Source: Octopus vulgaris
Lineage: Eukaryota
Assembly (NCBI GenBank): GCA_951406725.2
Contig: OX597832.1
Location: forward strand, 7,068,001-7,132,000
Direction: 5' to 3'
DNA: 64,000 nucleotides
Shown here in pieces: positions 1-13,279 of the stretch. Each line of letters opens with the position of its first letter. Position 1 is the first letter of the stretch. The translations under genes were made by a program, and so were the position numbers. Under the pieces are notes generated by a model. The model saw only the letters and a program-made list of their open reading frames with translations. It did no database searches and was not told the DNA's origin.

Positions 1-140
1 ACCAGTGGTTGTCACACGCTGATGATGGGTCACATACATACATACATATATGGATACACATATTACACACAGACAGATTGATAGATAAATAAGTAGATAG
101 ATACATACATACATACATACATACATACATACATACATAC

Positions 141-171
<31 letters not shown>

Positions 172-240
172 CATACATACATACATACATACATACATAC
201 ATACATACATGCATACATATGGATATATATATATTATAGA

Positions 241-1154
241 TGTAACGAATAACTTCCTAGATTCTAAGCCAGGATTCGAAACCGAATGTATATTTACCCA
301 CCAGCTCTCTTATTGTTCCTGCCTTCTCCACTAGGAAATTTGTGAGGTCAACTGTCACTCTTAGGTTGTATTGTTTAAATTAACATTCTTGGGTGAAAGA
401 AAGAGCAAGTGAGATAAACTCACGACTTTCCATTGTCCTCTGATCTGTATCCAGTTCTATAATATAGGGACCAAATCCAGTTCTTCCTTCTTTCTTCCGG
501 CGCCGATGGAGGAAGCACATTAATGCAAGGGATTACATGACTTTTACTCTCTCTGCTTGTCTAGGCTCACTAACTCTTTCTCACCTTTTTGTTTCCATCA
601 GTTTTGTAGCAATAAATCAACAATGAAGTTAACTACAGACAGAATGGATACCAATATTGGGAATAACCATTGTACTACGACAGTTGTATCTTACATTGTA
701 ACGATGAATACTAAAGGGCCATTTCAACCAATTAACAATACTAATTTATTTGCTACATACCATCGTTTTAATAAATTAATAAAGAAACAGATAACAGCTT
801 TTAAAGTTTGCAAATTTTGTGTTACTTTAGCCAATCGAAAGCCACAGATATATAGGTACCTGTTTCCAGAGTAACAGGCCAAGCGTGTTGTTCGTATGGG
901 ATTCTCCTGTATATCTCTATTTTCGTGTTGTAGTCATGAACTGAACTACTGTTTGTTTTTTCATTTAACATTTTCACAAGAAAACATGTGTTGTTTACAG
1001 TTATAATGACCTTGATAATTGGTCTACTTAATCAGAATTGACATAGGGTTAGAAATCTTATCATCCACAACATTCAAAGTTTATATGGCAATCGTTTTTG
1101 GTAGGCAAGTTCCATAAAACATTTTTATTCCACAACGTTCTTTTTCGGCTTACA
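241..1154. mobile_element. Possible solo LTR
   Basis: Complex sequence bounded by TGTAA...TTACA inside microsatellite; no clean target-site duplication found. Confidence 0.35.
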
Positions 1155-1569
1155 CACAGACTTCTACGTACATACACATACATACATACTCAAATATACA
1201 TACATGCACATAAACACGTACATACACAAAAATACATTAACATCGGCGATTTGTGAAAACATAAAACATATATATTTACGTATGTATATCTATATATGTG
1301 TGTATGTGAGTGCAAGTGTGTGTGGGTGTGTTGACAAACAACAGCAGTAATTGTATTCAGTTGAATACACGTCATTGATTGGTTGAAATTAGGGAAATAC
1401 GACAACTTTAACACGAAATAACTTCGAAAATAGAAACTTTTCTCTACAACGCTAAGAGTATCCGAAGTTTCAAAGTGTTTAGTTAAAGAAAATTAATTAA
1501 TCGAGCTGCCCATGTAAAGAAAAATATCCTCTGGTTTTTTCATTAGCTAATTCTATTTGCCATTTGCAC

Positions 1570-1630
<61 letters not shown>

Positions 1631-1634
<4 letters not shown>

Positions 1635-2263
1635 GAAGGGTGAAATTAATTAATTTGGAATAATTATCAATTACACCAAGTAGTCTTCGGCATGTAGTCT
1701 TTTACATGCCGAAGACTATTTGGTGTAATTGATAATTATTCCAAATTAATTAATTTCACCCTTCATTATTACGGATAACCATATTTTATCTCAGTAGATG
1801 ACCACAGCATCTTGTTTTGGCTACACGCGGGTGGGAAGGGGCTGGTGACACAATCTTTTCATTCACACATTGAATTTGGTGATACTAGTTGTGGATTCTA
1901 GCTCGCTCTGATACTGAGTTGAGTTGATGCCTTCTAGTATCTCAAAATTCAATATATAATCATTTATGATTATAGTATTCTACGCTGAAGAGAAAAGAAG
2001 TTCTTGGTAAGATAGAATTATTTAATATTTAATTCTTATGCTTTCCTAAAAACTTGATTTCGAAACGTACGTCCGTAGATAACTTAAAATTGTATGATAG
2101 ATTGCCGTCAATTCATTCTCTCTTACCTGTTTGTGTCTGCCTTCCAATTGCTGTTTTTACTGAGATCTCCCTTTTAGTAGAAGAAATAGCTATAACTCTT
2201 TGACTGCTATTTCTAAATTCGGTATGTGGTAAGGCAATTCGTTGCCAAACCCTTTATTGCTTA

Positions 2264-2265
<2 letters not shown>
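1631..2265 (+). mobile_element. Penelope-like terminal-repeat remnant with fold-back hairpin, inserted in (TA)n
   Basis: 66-bp inverted arms (1631-1696 and 1703-1768) and a hammerhead motif at 1979-2079; flanked by (TA)n on both sides. Confidence 0.55.
1979..2079 (+). ncRNA. Type I hammerhead ribozyme motif
   Basis: TCTACG-CTGAAGA-G...C-GAAA-CGTACG-TC-CGTAGA: 6-bp stem I, complete core, palindromic short stem III, GTC cleavage triplet ending at 2073. Confidence 0.7.
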
Positions 2266-2325
<60 letters not shown>

Positions 2326-2413
2326 AACAATAATTGCGTGTTAAAAACTTCGAAGTTTGTTTATCTTTTGGTCATCTTTTTATATTTCGTAATGTTGCCA
2401 TGAATGTTTTGTC

Positions 2414-2687
2414 GTCAGTTCGAAGCGTTCTCTAACCAGATTGACGGATGCATGTCTTTGGAAGTGGTTGATGCTAGAAGGGAGATAACCACTCCGAAAT
2501 GCTTGTATCTATCAGCCTGATTAGCTTCGAACTGACTTAGTATGTTTGTCTACAGAGAAAAATTTTCCCCGCGACAAAATACAGTCAGTAGCTTCGTTAC
2601 GGTTTCAAATATGCCCCAGCCATATTTGAACTGGTAATAATTTTCTATTTATACACAACTCTGCTTAGCGTTTCTACTTCGTACAGG
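2414..2687 (+). repeat. Unclassified interspersed repeat, second copy at 9546-9827
   Basis: Direct similarity, e.g. AAGGGAGATAACCACTCCGAAATGC and CGACAAAATACAGTCAGTAGCTTC. Confidence 0.75.
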
Positions 2688-2715
2688 ATATATATATATA
2701 TATATATAAATGTAA

Positions 2716-2978
2716 TATGTGACAATTATTCGGTAGCCATGATAAAACTCCGAGTTTCGGATGCTGAGGTGGAAATCCACGCTGCCATCTCTTTAGTTAT
2801 CCAGCCATCGGGAAAAAAATATATATCAATATATATTACAAATAAGAAAATGGAGAAACACATTAGTTGGTTTATAAGCTTTAGGATATTAGAATGTTAA
2901 CTTATTTAATTTTCAAAGCTACAACCATAATAACATACATACAGTATAGAATTCAATACATTGAAGATAAGAATACAT

Positions 2979-3040
<62 letters not shown>

Positions 3041-3185
3041 GGCAAGATAGCAAAAGACTGAAAGAGACCTCGATATTATGTAAATAGAGGAATTCATCTG
3101 AAAATATATGTGACGATTATTCGGTAGCCATGATAAAACTCCGAGTTTCGGATGCCAAGGTGGAAATCCAGCCATCGGAAAAATG
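2716..3185. repeat. TA-embedded element with ~70-bp direct repeats (2716-2800 and 3106-3180), Penelope-like
   Basis: ATTATTCGGTAGCCATGATAAAACTCCGAGTTTCGGATGC occurs twice. Confidence 0.5.
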
Positions 3186-3195
3186 CTATGAAAAA

Positions 3196-3259
<64 letters not shown>

Positions 3260-3310
3260 TGTGTGTGTGTATATATACATAATAATATATATAATATATA
3301 TATAATAATA

Positions 3311-3348
<38 letters not shown>

Positions 3349-3847
3349 TTTGAGAGTGTATGTGTATATGTATGTGGGTATATTACGGAAAGGCTACGAA
3401 ATGGTGCGACCTCGAGAAAAACGGATTTGATTTTCGAAATTTGCGTCCCAACAACAAGGTTTTCGGTTATAATTGAAAAAAAAAATAATTTGCTACGAGA
3501 AAGAAATTTTAGATCGACAACTCTACCATTCTCTATATGTCTCTACGGGGTCTCACTGTTTTTGAAGCTTTTCTTCTTTCTTTATATATTTACCACACAG
3601 TTAATCACTCTCACCCTGTATATGTATATCTCTCACACATGCCGCTTCCTCCCTCTCTCGATAAGACATATAATTGCTTTAATTTTGTACTAGGCTTAAA
3701 AAATGAATCTGGAGTTGATTAGTACGTTATTTACATTATTTACATTCGACGGATATTTGCCCTTATCATGTTTGTTGTTAACACATTTCGGCTGATATAC
3801 CCTCCAGCCTTCTTCAGGAGTTCTCATTCCTAAGGTATTTTTCGATG

Positions 3848-4166
<319 letters not shown>

Positions 4167-4169
4167 CTG

Positions 4170-4525
4170 TCTTTGGCCTAGAGTAAGCTTTCTGTTCCAT
4201 AATGGGCCTTATCCAACTCTTATGTCTGACAGCTGGGCAGCTAAAATATACTTGAATATTTGCCCATTACATGTTTTAATTTCTGGTGGGACCTGTGCTG
4301 CAATTAAAATCCCTCTGTTCTGCTTTGATCTGAGCTTCAACCATTGCTGGGATTTTTCTTTGTCTATTTCTTTTGCGTTTAGTTAGTCCAGTATTTACCA
4401 TGAAGGGGCTTTTCATCGTTTATCATGAGTGAGAGAGCTTGGTCTAATTCTTTATTTCATTTCTTCATCTAGTGTGATGTTGTTATCTAACTAGTTTTCC
4501 TCTTTCATGAGTTTCTAATCCAAAT
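4170..4525 (-). mobile_element. Degraded RLE-type (R4/Dong-like) LINE fragment
   Basis: Minus-strand peptide remnants IDKEKSQQWL and LIAAQ with stops; sits between (ATT)n tracts. Confidence 0.45.
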
Positions 4526-4684
4526 TTCAGTTCATGCCATCAAAGTGACACCTGTACTCCAGTTGGGGTAAAATATGGTTCTTCCGACCATATTCTCCCA
4601 GAATTCTTCAATTCTTCTGCCGTTGGTCTGCAAGCCCAAACTATACCCATCCTTTGATGACTACCTTTTTATTATTATTATTAC

Positions 4685-4799
<115 letters not shown>

Positions 4800-4810
4800 G
4801 TCTGCCATAA

Positions 4811-5246
4811 AGGGGTAAAATATACAAGCCCAATATACCCATCATGGTCAAGGCACAGGCACATGCATCACAACCATATGTGCGCGACATGGTGATCTCA
4901 TATCAAGATAAACAGCACATGACCTTGCAGGTGGGGCCCAGTTAGAATTTTCTTCAGGTTGAGTAGCCCATCCCGATGAAACGGTCCCTGAATAAGAGTT
5001 GTTTAAGGATGTTGAAAGAACCACCCATGTTTCCAGAGGTGAACTATTCAAACCCCAAAGAATCCCTCTCAACACATGGCTATGATGCTCCCCCACAACT
5101 TCTGCTCGTGATCAGAGATGCACATATGGTCAGCCACTAAGGGACATGCTCAACTGGTTAAGGTCAAACAACTGACAAGCAAATCTGTGGTATTGAGCAG
5201 AATATTTGTTGTAGCCCATCTTTTATACCAAGACAAAACAATGTAC
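4811..5246 (+). mobile_element. Non-autonomous repeat inserted in (ATT)n; longer inverted copy at 13387-13942
   Basis: Near-identical reverse complement of 13455-13905; both copies are flanked by (ATT/TAA)n. Confidence 0.8.
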
Positions 5247-5293
5247 TATTATTATTATTATTATCATTATTATTATTATTATTATTATTATTT

Positions 5294-5360
<67 letters not shown>

Positions 5361-5365
5361 CATTA

Positions 5366-5432
<67 letters not shown>

Positions 5433-5455
5433 TATCATTATTACTATTATTATTA

Positions 5456-5536
<81 letters not shown>

Positions 5537-5702
5537 TCACTGCTTGGAATCGAACTCGTTGCTGAACCTTAATTATAATTATACTGATAATTATAGAATT
5601 TTTGTATAAGTTTACCGATAATAGTTCTTTTAACATACCAAACTACTCGGTGAAATTATTAATTATTAATTAATTAATTGATTTTACCCTTTATTATTAT
5701 TG

Positions 5703-5765
<63 letters not shown>

Positions 5766-5964
5766 GGAAAGTTTACGAAAATAAACAAAAGACGAAGGCA
5801 GGTGGTGTACAAACAAACAAATGTATTAGTATAGCGCTCAGGAATAGAAAAAAGTCTTTTACGTTTCGAGCCTACGCTCTTCGACAGAAAGATACACAGA
5901 AAAAAACAAGGAGAGAAAAAAAATGTGTGTAGTAGCTAACGCGTGTGTGTTGGGCAAGCCCCCT

Positions 5965-6390
5965 CTATCTTAATAGTCTCAGTTCTTCTAGCCTCACCTG
6001 ATAGCTCGTTTGTTGCACTGAGTCATTCTTCTTTGTGTAGTGACGTTGGGTTTCCTCGAGTTCCATAGTTAGTTTGATGCTTTGTACCAACCACTGCTGG
6101 GAGCAGTAATTTGGGCAACTGAGAACAAATCTTCTCCACAAGAGTAGCTTAATATCCTATTTCCTTGTCCGGAATGATCTCAAAATCCAACCTACAACTC
6201 GCCTGCACAGTGTTGCCATCTTCGTAATATGGACATGAAGTGATGCAACATTCCTCAGGTGGATTACTTGGTCATACACAGGGTCTGACTCAAGGATTGC
6301 ATTATCACTTGGTCCTGTGTATTCTGATTGTAATCTGTTTGGGGCCAGTAGTAGATTGCTTGAAACTTCTCAGCTTTGAAGTGCATACTT
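5965..6390 (-). mobile_element. CR1/L2-type LINE RT C-terminal relic
   Basis: Degenerate match to the 61075-61800 element (WILRSFRT, NYCSQQW, YTKK motifs). Confidence 0.6.
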
Positions 6391-6905
6391 TTTTCGTTAT
6401 TTTCGAGGTATGATATATATTAAAGTAACGGTAAATAAATTTGGAGTCCAGATCAAGTCTTTTTCATTCGCAAAATGAGCCCCCTTTAATTTTGTTCAGA
6501 TTGCTTTCAATTTTGCTGTATCGATGCAACTCTGAATTTTGATTACAATCAGCCAATTACTTTATTTTATTTACTGATGTTATTTGGAGTTAAAGTAGGA
6601 AAATTTGGGTAATTTTAGCCAATCAACAGACAGCTATGAATAGTAAGCATTTCTCTATACGTTTAATAGTAGAAGGTAAATAATTTAATTTTCTTTAGAG
6701 ATGGCTTTTATAAAACGGAGCACATTAAGAGAAAAAGCAAATAATCTATGAGAAACAAAGTCAACAATGTTATCCGTTTACAGATATTTTATTTCGTAAA
6801 GGAGGGGAGACAACTCTTGAGGTATTCGCGTTCTGTGTTCAGTTCTGGATTATTGATTTCACAATGCTTAGCAAATTAGAAAATAACAGCTTATTTCAGA
6901 TTTTT

Positions 6906-8142
6906 TTACCTCCGCCAAAGAAAGAGGTTATGTTTTCATCGGCGTTGGTTTGTCCGTCTCTATGCAAAATAACTCAAAAAGTTGTGAACGGTATTTGATG
7001 AAACTTGCAGAAAAAGTTGGTAATGACACGAGGAACAGACAATGAAATTTTGGTAGTGATCCGGGAATTTTTATGTATTCTTTAAGGATTTTTCATTTGT
7101 TATGTTTACTTTACATAAAGTATTAGTTACGTTCTTTGATTATCTCCCTTGAAGCCACGTTCAGCGTTTCAGCGTAACCTATGGTGGCGTTGCTGTTTCC
7201 AAAGTTTATTTTCATTTCTCTATTAGTAACTTATTCGCATGTCTATCATAAAATGAGCTGCTTGGCGGAGGTCTGCGGAGGATGACATGACAAGCCTTGA
7301 CTATTGGGATCGACTCAAAAAGCTCAGGCTTTGCTCCCTCCACCGTTGCTTTGAGCTCCATATCATCTGTATGATGTGGAAAATATTCCATCAACATTGC
7401 CCATCTTTAAAATTCGCCCGAGGCTTGGCTCCCGTGCTATCCGTCCACTACAGAAATGTTCATGTCGTATCACAACACTATGGTAGAACTAATTCACCTC
7501 AATTGGCCCTGGTCTCTTCAACTTCGTGCCAGACACACATAAAGGAGGAAAGTGACTTCATGGCATTCAAACGATCCCTAGATGATTAGCCCGAACAAAT
7601 ACCAGATAAACCACCCACACCCAGATATATCTCTGAAAACAATAATCCTCTGCTTGAATGGGCTACGGTTCCCCAGAGCTGACTGTGTATCTCTTTCAGG
7701 TGGTGCTATTAAATTAGACAGGGCCTGAGTAAACTTCGATGGAAACTTATCTAAGTAATCTAATCTATGTTGTAACCTTTTAATCAAAGCATGGCAACAT
7801 GGGTAGAGGCTGATATCTTAACATTTCTGATGGTCTTAGGTATAAAAAAATTATCAAAGATTTATATAGAACTACATTCAGAGTTTGTCTATAAGCTATT
7901 GCGTTTAGACCTGGTTTCCATCCTCAAACCGTTCCGTTTTGTAGATGCAATTTTTTTTTTAATAAAGCACTCCGAAATTAGAAAAATAAAAAATCTGCAA
8001 CAATCTCGGTCCCATGAGTATCGGATAATGGATTTTCAACTGTATAAAGAAACTGATTGCGGTATATACGGGTGCATGCGTGTATATGGGTGGAAATGAG
8101 CTGCTTGGCGGAGGTCTGCGCTCTCCGAGTGCTTTTCTAGTT
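6906..8142 (+). mobile_element. Helentron-associated non-autonomous element (HINE-like) interrupted by a LINE fragment
   Basis: 5' TTACCTCCGCCAA; subterminal inverted CTTGGCGGAGGT at 7261 and 8105; 3' GCGCTCTCCGAGTGC hairpin then TTCTAG. Confidence 0.6.
7278..7765 (+). mobile_element. CR1/L2-type LINE 3' end; related copy at 24393-24775
   Basis: LDYWDRLKKLRL and FKRSLD..IPDKPP peptides; shared 3' UTR CAGGTGGTGCTATTAA.TTAGAC and ATCTAAGT tail. Confidence 0.75.
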
Positions 8143-8537
8143 CTTCATGTTTCGTTGAGCTTCATTGCAAATAACACTAGTCTGTTACTTTTTTACTTGT
8201 TTCAGTCATTTGACTGCGGTCATGCTGGAGCACCGCCTTTAGACGAGCAAATCGACACAGGAATTATTCTTTGTAAATCTAGTACTTATTCTATCGGTTT
8301 CTTTTGCATAACCGCTAAGTTATGGGGACGTAAACACACCAACATCGGTGTCAAGCGATATTGAAGTAGGGACAAACACATACACAAACATATACACATA
8401 CATACATATATGCAGAGAAAAAGAAACATTAACGATATAAAAATTTTATACGGAACTTGCCGAAAAGTTTTACTTTTCCGACACCAAAAACGATGGAGAG
8501 CCGTTTATATCTTGTCATATATAAACACTCAACTTTA

Positions 8538-8860
8538 ATAATAATGAAATTATTGTATACAGTGCTCAGGTGCACCCCAACTTGTCAAAAGTGCGTATAA
8601 AGCATATGCAATAATGTACAAACGTCTGGGATGTGAACAGTGTATGAGTCAGATACATGCTTGTGTGTGTATGGAGGGGAGAAAATCAGGCGTAGTGTTG
8701 GCGAATCTCAGGAAGCATGGAAGTTTTGAAGGATGCAGTGCTCCCACAACCAACAACTGATGCCGGCAGTTTGTTCCATACTTCAGCAACTCTCAGCGTG
8801 GAAAAAATGTTTCCGAAAGTCATGGGAGCTGTGCTGTTTTCTGACTTTGTAAACATTTCC
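8538..8860 (-). mobile_element. CR1-type LINE 3' end (same family as 13985-15110)
   Basis: FSTLRVAEVWNKLPASVV...MLPEIRQHY peptide and near-identical 3' UTR. Confidence 0.85.
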
Positions 8861-9795
8861 ACGGGTGTTACTGTAAAAAACTGTTTACAATTAAAGCCCA
8901 ACTTGATGTAATTATATAATGAGAATTACATTCTCCTATTTTGGCTTTATTATCTTACAGACATTGCTTCAACATCATCGAAGTTGATCTTCTTACCATA
9001 TGAAAGAAACTATATTTAATTAAAGACATTTTTTTTTCGAAATTTAAAAAAAAAACTGTTTAAAGTATGGACAGTCCGAATTCTTGGCTTAAATCCCAAC
9101 AATAGATCATTAGAAGTGTATATGGGGAGAAAGGTATAGAAGAGCATCAATACGTCAGTGACAAATAAACTGGTACGACATGAGGTGGTCATAAGATGTG
9201 CTAAAAATAACAGCTAAATACCCCTTAAATCACACACCTTCATTTTTGGCTTTTGTATTGTGAATGAATTTTAGTGTGTCGAATACAAATTCGCAACGAT
9301 TTTCTGAAAACCCACCCCGCCCTAAAATTGAGGGGTTATATGGCGTCCTGAAAGTAGAATCCTTCCCTTTGAAGTTTGTTTATTTTTAGTCATTTTTCAC
9401 GTTAATTGCTTCTAGAAAACTATATTTCTGTTGGTTTTTTATTAGCTAATTCTATTTGCCATTTGCAACTTTGGCCCCCAAAATTTTATATGTATATAGC
9501 TTTCACAGCTTTGTCGCTGTAGACAAATAGGTGTTAATATACGCAGTCAGTTCGAAGTGTTCTCCAATGAGACTGATGAATGCATGCCTCTGGAAGTGGT
9601 TTTATGCTGAAAGGGAGATAACCACTCCGAAATGCCTGCATCAATCAGCCTGATTAGCCAACGCATCGAACTGGCCAAGTGTTTTTGTCTACCGAAAGAA
9701 ATTTTCTCCTCGACAAAATACAGTCAGTAGCTTCCTTACGGTTTCAAATATGCTCCAACTATATTTGAACTGATAATAAATTTCTATTTATACAT

Positions 9796-10192
9796 ATCAC
9801 TGCTTAGCATTTCTACTCTGTACAGGTATATGTATATTTTTTACTTGTTTTAGTCATTTGACTGCGGCCATGTTGGAGCACCGCCTTCACACACACACAC
9901 ACACACACCGTTGGCTAACGTTGAGACCCAAATTTTCTCATGATTCACCAGTTCCACTCCCGAACTACACGATATACCGACCGTGTAGTTCGAGAGTGGG
10001 ACTGGTGAATCGTAAGAGAATTTGGGTCTCAACGTTAGCCAACGGTGTGTGTGTTTGTGTGTGTATGTGTGTGCGTACGTGTGTATGTGTGTGTGTGTGA
10101 AGGTGGTGCTCCAACATGGCCGCAGTCAAATGACTAAAACAAGTGAAAGAATATACATATGCCTGTACGGAGTAGAAACGCTAAGCAGTGAT
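9796..10192. repeat. ~400-bp fold-back palindrome
   Basis: Arms 9796-9970 and 9982-10192 are reverse complements apart from scattered transitions and (CA)n length. Confidence 0.9.
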
Positions 10193-10431
10193 CACTAGCA
10201 CTTTATTATCTCCCTTCTTTTCAACCTCTTTCAAACTTTTTTCTAATCATTCGCCATGATTAACCGGTAAATTTACAATTTTTTTTTTATTCTCTACCTG
10301 TTTATTCCCTTTTATTCCTTTCTGTTGAAGAGCGTAGGCTTGAAACGTAAAAGACTTTTCCATTTTCTTGAGCGTAAAACTAATGCACCTGCTTGTTTTT
10401 TATACACTTGTCTTTGTCTTTTGTTTTTCTA

Positions 10432-11468
10432 GGCCATTAGAGCAAAGAAGTAGGCATGGAAAACCTGGAAGAGTGGGGATGGCAGGGAACTGCACCAGAT
10501 AGCCAAAGGGAGGCTGGGCAACAGGTATACATAGCCAAGGGAGAAGCAGAAAAGAAGTTTGCCTATGTTCAACGACGTGAGGACCAAAGAACTGAAGTAT
10601 TTTGGATTGCAAGACAATGTGTGAGAGAAAATTGTGATGTTACAGGAGAGAAATGTGTCCGCGTGGATGATGGTGCACTTGCTTTTAATGATTCTGCAAA
10701 GAAAGAGGCTGCTGAATGTGGAGAATGAATAGGAGGAGGAGAGCCTGCCAAATGTTGACCCAGTAGAGGGACCAGCTACCCGAATAGATAGCATCCTGGT
10801 AGATAAAGCAATGAAGGATATGAAGTCGGGAAAAGCCCCCGTCCCGTCAGGAATCACTGCTGAGATACTTAAAATATCTGGTGGTGTGGGTTATGGTGTA
10901 GTCACCCGTATTGTAAACCAGGTAGCTCACGAAGGAGTCATGCCCAATTACTAGCGTAGCAGTCAACTGCTACAAAGGTAAAGGTGATGCTTTAGATAGA
11001 AATAACCACAGGGGTATCAAACTGCTGGATCAGGTGATGAAGCTCACGGAGAGGGTCATAGCCCAACTAATTAGGGAGAGAGTCTGCTTAGATGAGATGC
11101 AGTTCGGTTTTGTGCCAGGTAGACGCACCTCTGATGCAATATTCCCGGTAACGCAACTGCAGGAGAAATACCCAGCCAAAGATAAACCCCATACACTTGG
11201 CTTTTGTTGACTTGGAGAAAACCTTTGATAGGGTCCTCCGATCCCTTATCTGGTGAGCGTTGCGGAAACTGGGGATTGATGAGTGGTTAATAAGAGCTGT
11301 ACAGGGATACCGTTAGTAAGGTAAGGGTCGGCAATGAGTATAGTGAAGAAATTCGAGTAGAAGTAGGGGTTCCCCAAGGATCAGCTCTCAACTCCTTCTT
11401 ATTCATCATAGTCCTCCAGGCAATAACAGAGGAATTCAAGACAGGTTGCTCCTCTATGATGATGACCT
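10432..11468 (+). mobile_element. RTE-clade LINE reverse transcriptase relic
   Basis: Fragmented peptides YKGKGDALDRNNHRGIKLL, QFGFVPGR, FVDLEKTFD, GVPQGSAL and YDDDL; stops and frameshifts. Confidence 0.85.
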
Positions 11469-11873
11469 GTCGCTGTGTTTGGCCCCTCGGCTCCACAGGC
11501 CTTCATGGTTTGTCTTGCTGCCTAAATGCCAGTCGTTTCGCTCGTCACATCGAGCTAAATCTAACATGGATAAGGTTAATATTTCCTCAGTTCTGGAGTC
11601 AGAATATTCAGAAGTGATGGGAAGAGACCATATGATCTTACACTTTGTCCCTGGGTAAGAGGTAGGTGCTTCATCAGGGGCACCACTGTCTGTGACTCCT
11701 TCGCACACTCCCACACTCTGGATGCTGCGATAAAAAGGAGGGTCACTGCTTCCGTAGCTGAAGAATATATGTCTGAAAAGAAAAAGAAACAAAGTGAAAA
11801 TCAAAAATGTTTAAGAGAAAAAAGTGGGAAAAGTGAGGCCTAAAAAAGGTAGAAATAAATATTTCTTTTTTAA

Positions 11874-12093
11874 CCCTTTCATTACCAACCTGGCTGAAAC
11901 CGGCTCTGGCCCTGAGTATAAATGTTTTGTTTTCATAAGTTTTGAATTAAAATTTTCCACCAAACCTTAGTCACAATTTATGTTCCTAACACTAGCTGAA
12001 TGATAACCAAGTTATTTTATTAAATTCTTTGTTATATTTAAAATAATTGAAAGAAACACAGAGCTTCTCAAAATAGATACAGTAATGAAAGGG
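11874..12093. mobile_element. piggyBac-like MITE
   Basis: TIR CCCTTTCATTAC/GTAATGAAAGGG with TTAA on both sides; absent from the paralogous site near 27460. Confidence 0.9.
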
Positions 12094-12474
12094 TTAAAAG
12101 AATTGTTATTTAAGAGGCTTTTAAAGCATCATAAATTACATGTCTGAAGAAATTACGAGTTTAAGAGCACTGGTTAGTTTCTAACTCACTTCTTTGGATT
12201 ACTACAATTTGTTCATGTTTTTTTTTTTCATTTTCCTTATCTTTTGACTTGTTTCAGGCATTGGACTGCGGCCATGCTGGGGCACTACGTTAAAGGGTTT
12301 TTAGACCATTGAATTCATCTCAGTAATTATTTTTAAAGCCTCGTACTTATTCTTTCGTGTTTTGTTTTACTGAACTGCTAAATTACGGGGACGTTGTAAA
12401 ACGGTGGAGGAGGAATAAGCACAACACAAACACACGCATACAAACATTTATACACATAGATATGCACTACTGAA

Positions 12475-12703
12475 GGCGGCGAGTTGGCAGAATCGTTAGC
12501 ACGCCGGGCGAAATGCGTAGCCGTATTTCGTCTACCGTTACATTCTGAGTTCAAATTCCGCCCAGGTCCACTTTGCCTTTCATCCTTTCGGGGTCGATAA
12601 ATTAAGTACCAGTTACGCTCTGGGGTCGATGTAATCGACTTAATCCGTTTGTCTGTCCTTGTTTGTCCCCTCTGAGTTTAGCCCCTTGTGGGTAATAAAG
12701 AAA
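12475..12703 (+). mobile_element. tRNA-derived SINE family 2 (other copies 15255-15489 +, 18312-18492 -, 46166-46392 -, 53238-53448, 55936-56058 -, 60571-60800 +)
   Basis: Head GGCGGCGAG(C/T)TGGCAGAATCGTTAG with B box GAGTTCAAATTCC; core GCCTTTCATCCTTTCGGGGTCGAT; multiple near-identical copies. Confidence 0.9.
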
Positions 12704-13139
12704 CGGATATGCACTACCTTTTGTTTTCAGTTTCTCTCTACCGAATCCAGTCAGAAGGCTTTGGTCGGCTCGGGGTTGTATTGGGATATTGTAGCACAAG
12801 ATGCCACGTAGTAGGACTGAACTAAAGACCACATGGTTGGGAAGCAAACTTCATACAACACAGCCACCCCATGACAAAAGAATAAACTTCGATACTTTGA
12901 AATATATCAAAGGTTTAACCCGTCCACTCCTCGGATAGGGGATTTCCAAATTTACAAAACCTTTATTTTAATTGGCGATGATCTCCCAGATTGATGAATA
13001 ATTTGAAGAATAGTTAGGAGTTATTTCCCTTTATATTGACTTGCATTAAGTGGTTCACTATCTTTTTCGGACTGTCGCCTTCCCTGCTCCATCGCTACTA
13101 ATATAGACTTCTTTCGGCAGCAAATTCAAAGCAACAGTT

Positions 13140-13199
<60 letters not shown>

Positions 13200-13216
13200 A
13201 CACAGAGACACACACA

Positions 13217-13279
<63 letters not shown>

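Noticed and set aside
6405-6430. GGTATGATATATATTAAAGTAA resembling the sequence upstream of caspase B, hinting at another copy
   Set aside because: The match is only ~20 AT-rich bases and the adjacent sequence is a LINE relic, not caspase.
12938-12947. Single kB-like site GGGGATTTCC
   Set aside because: Not conserved in the paralogous block (AGAGATTTCT near 28076) and expected by chance.
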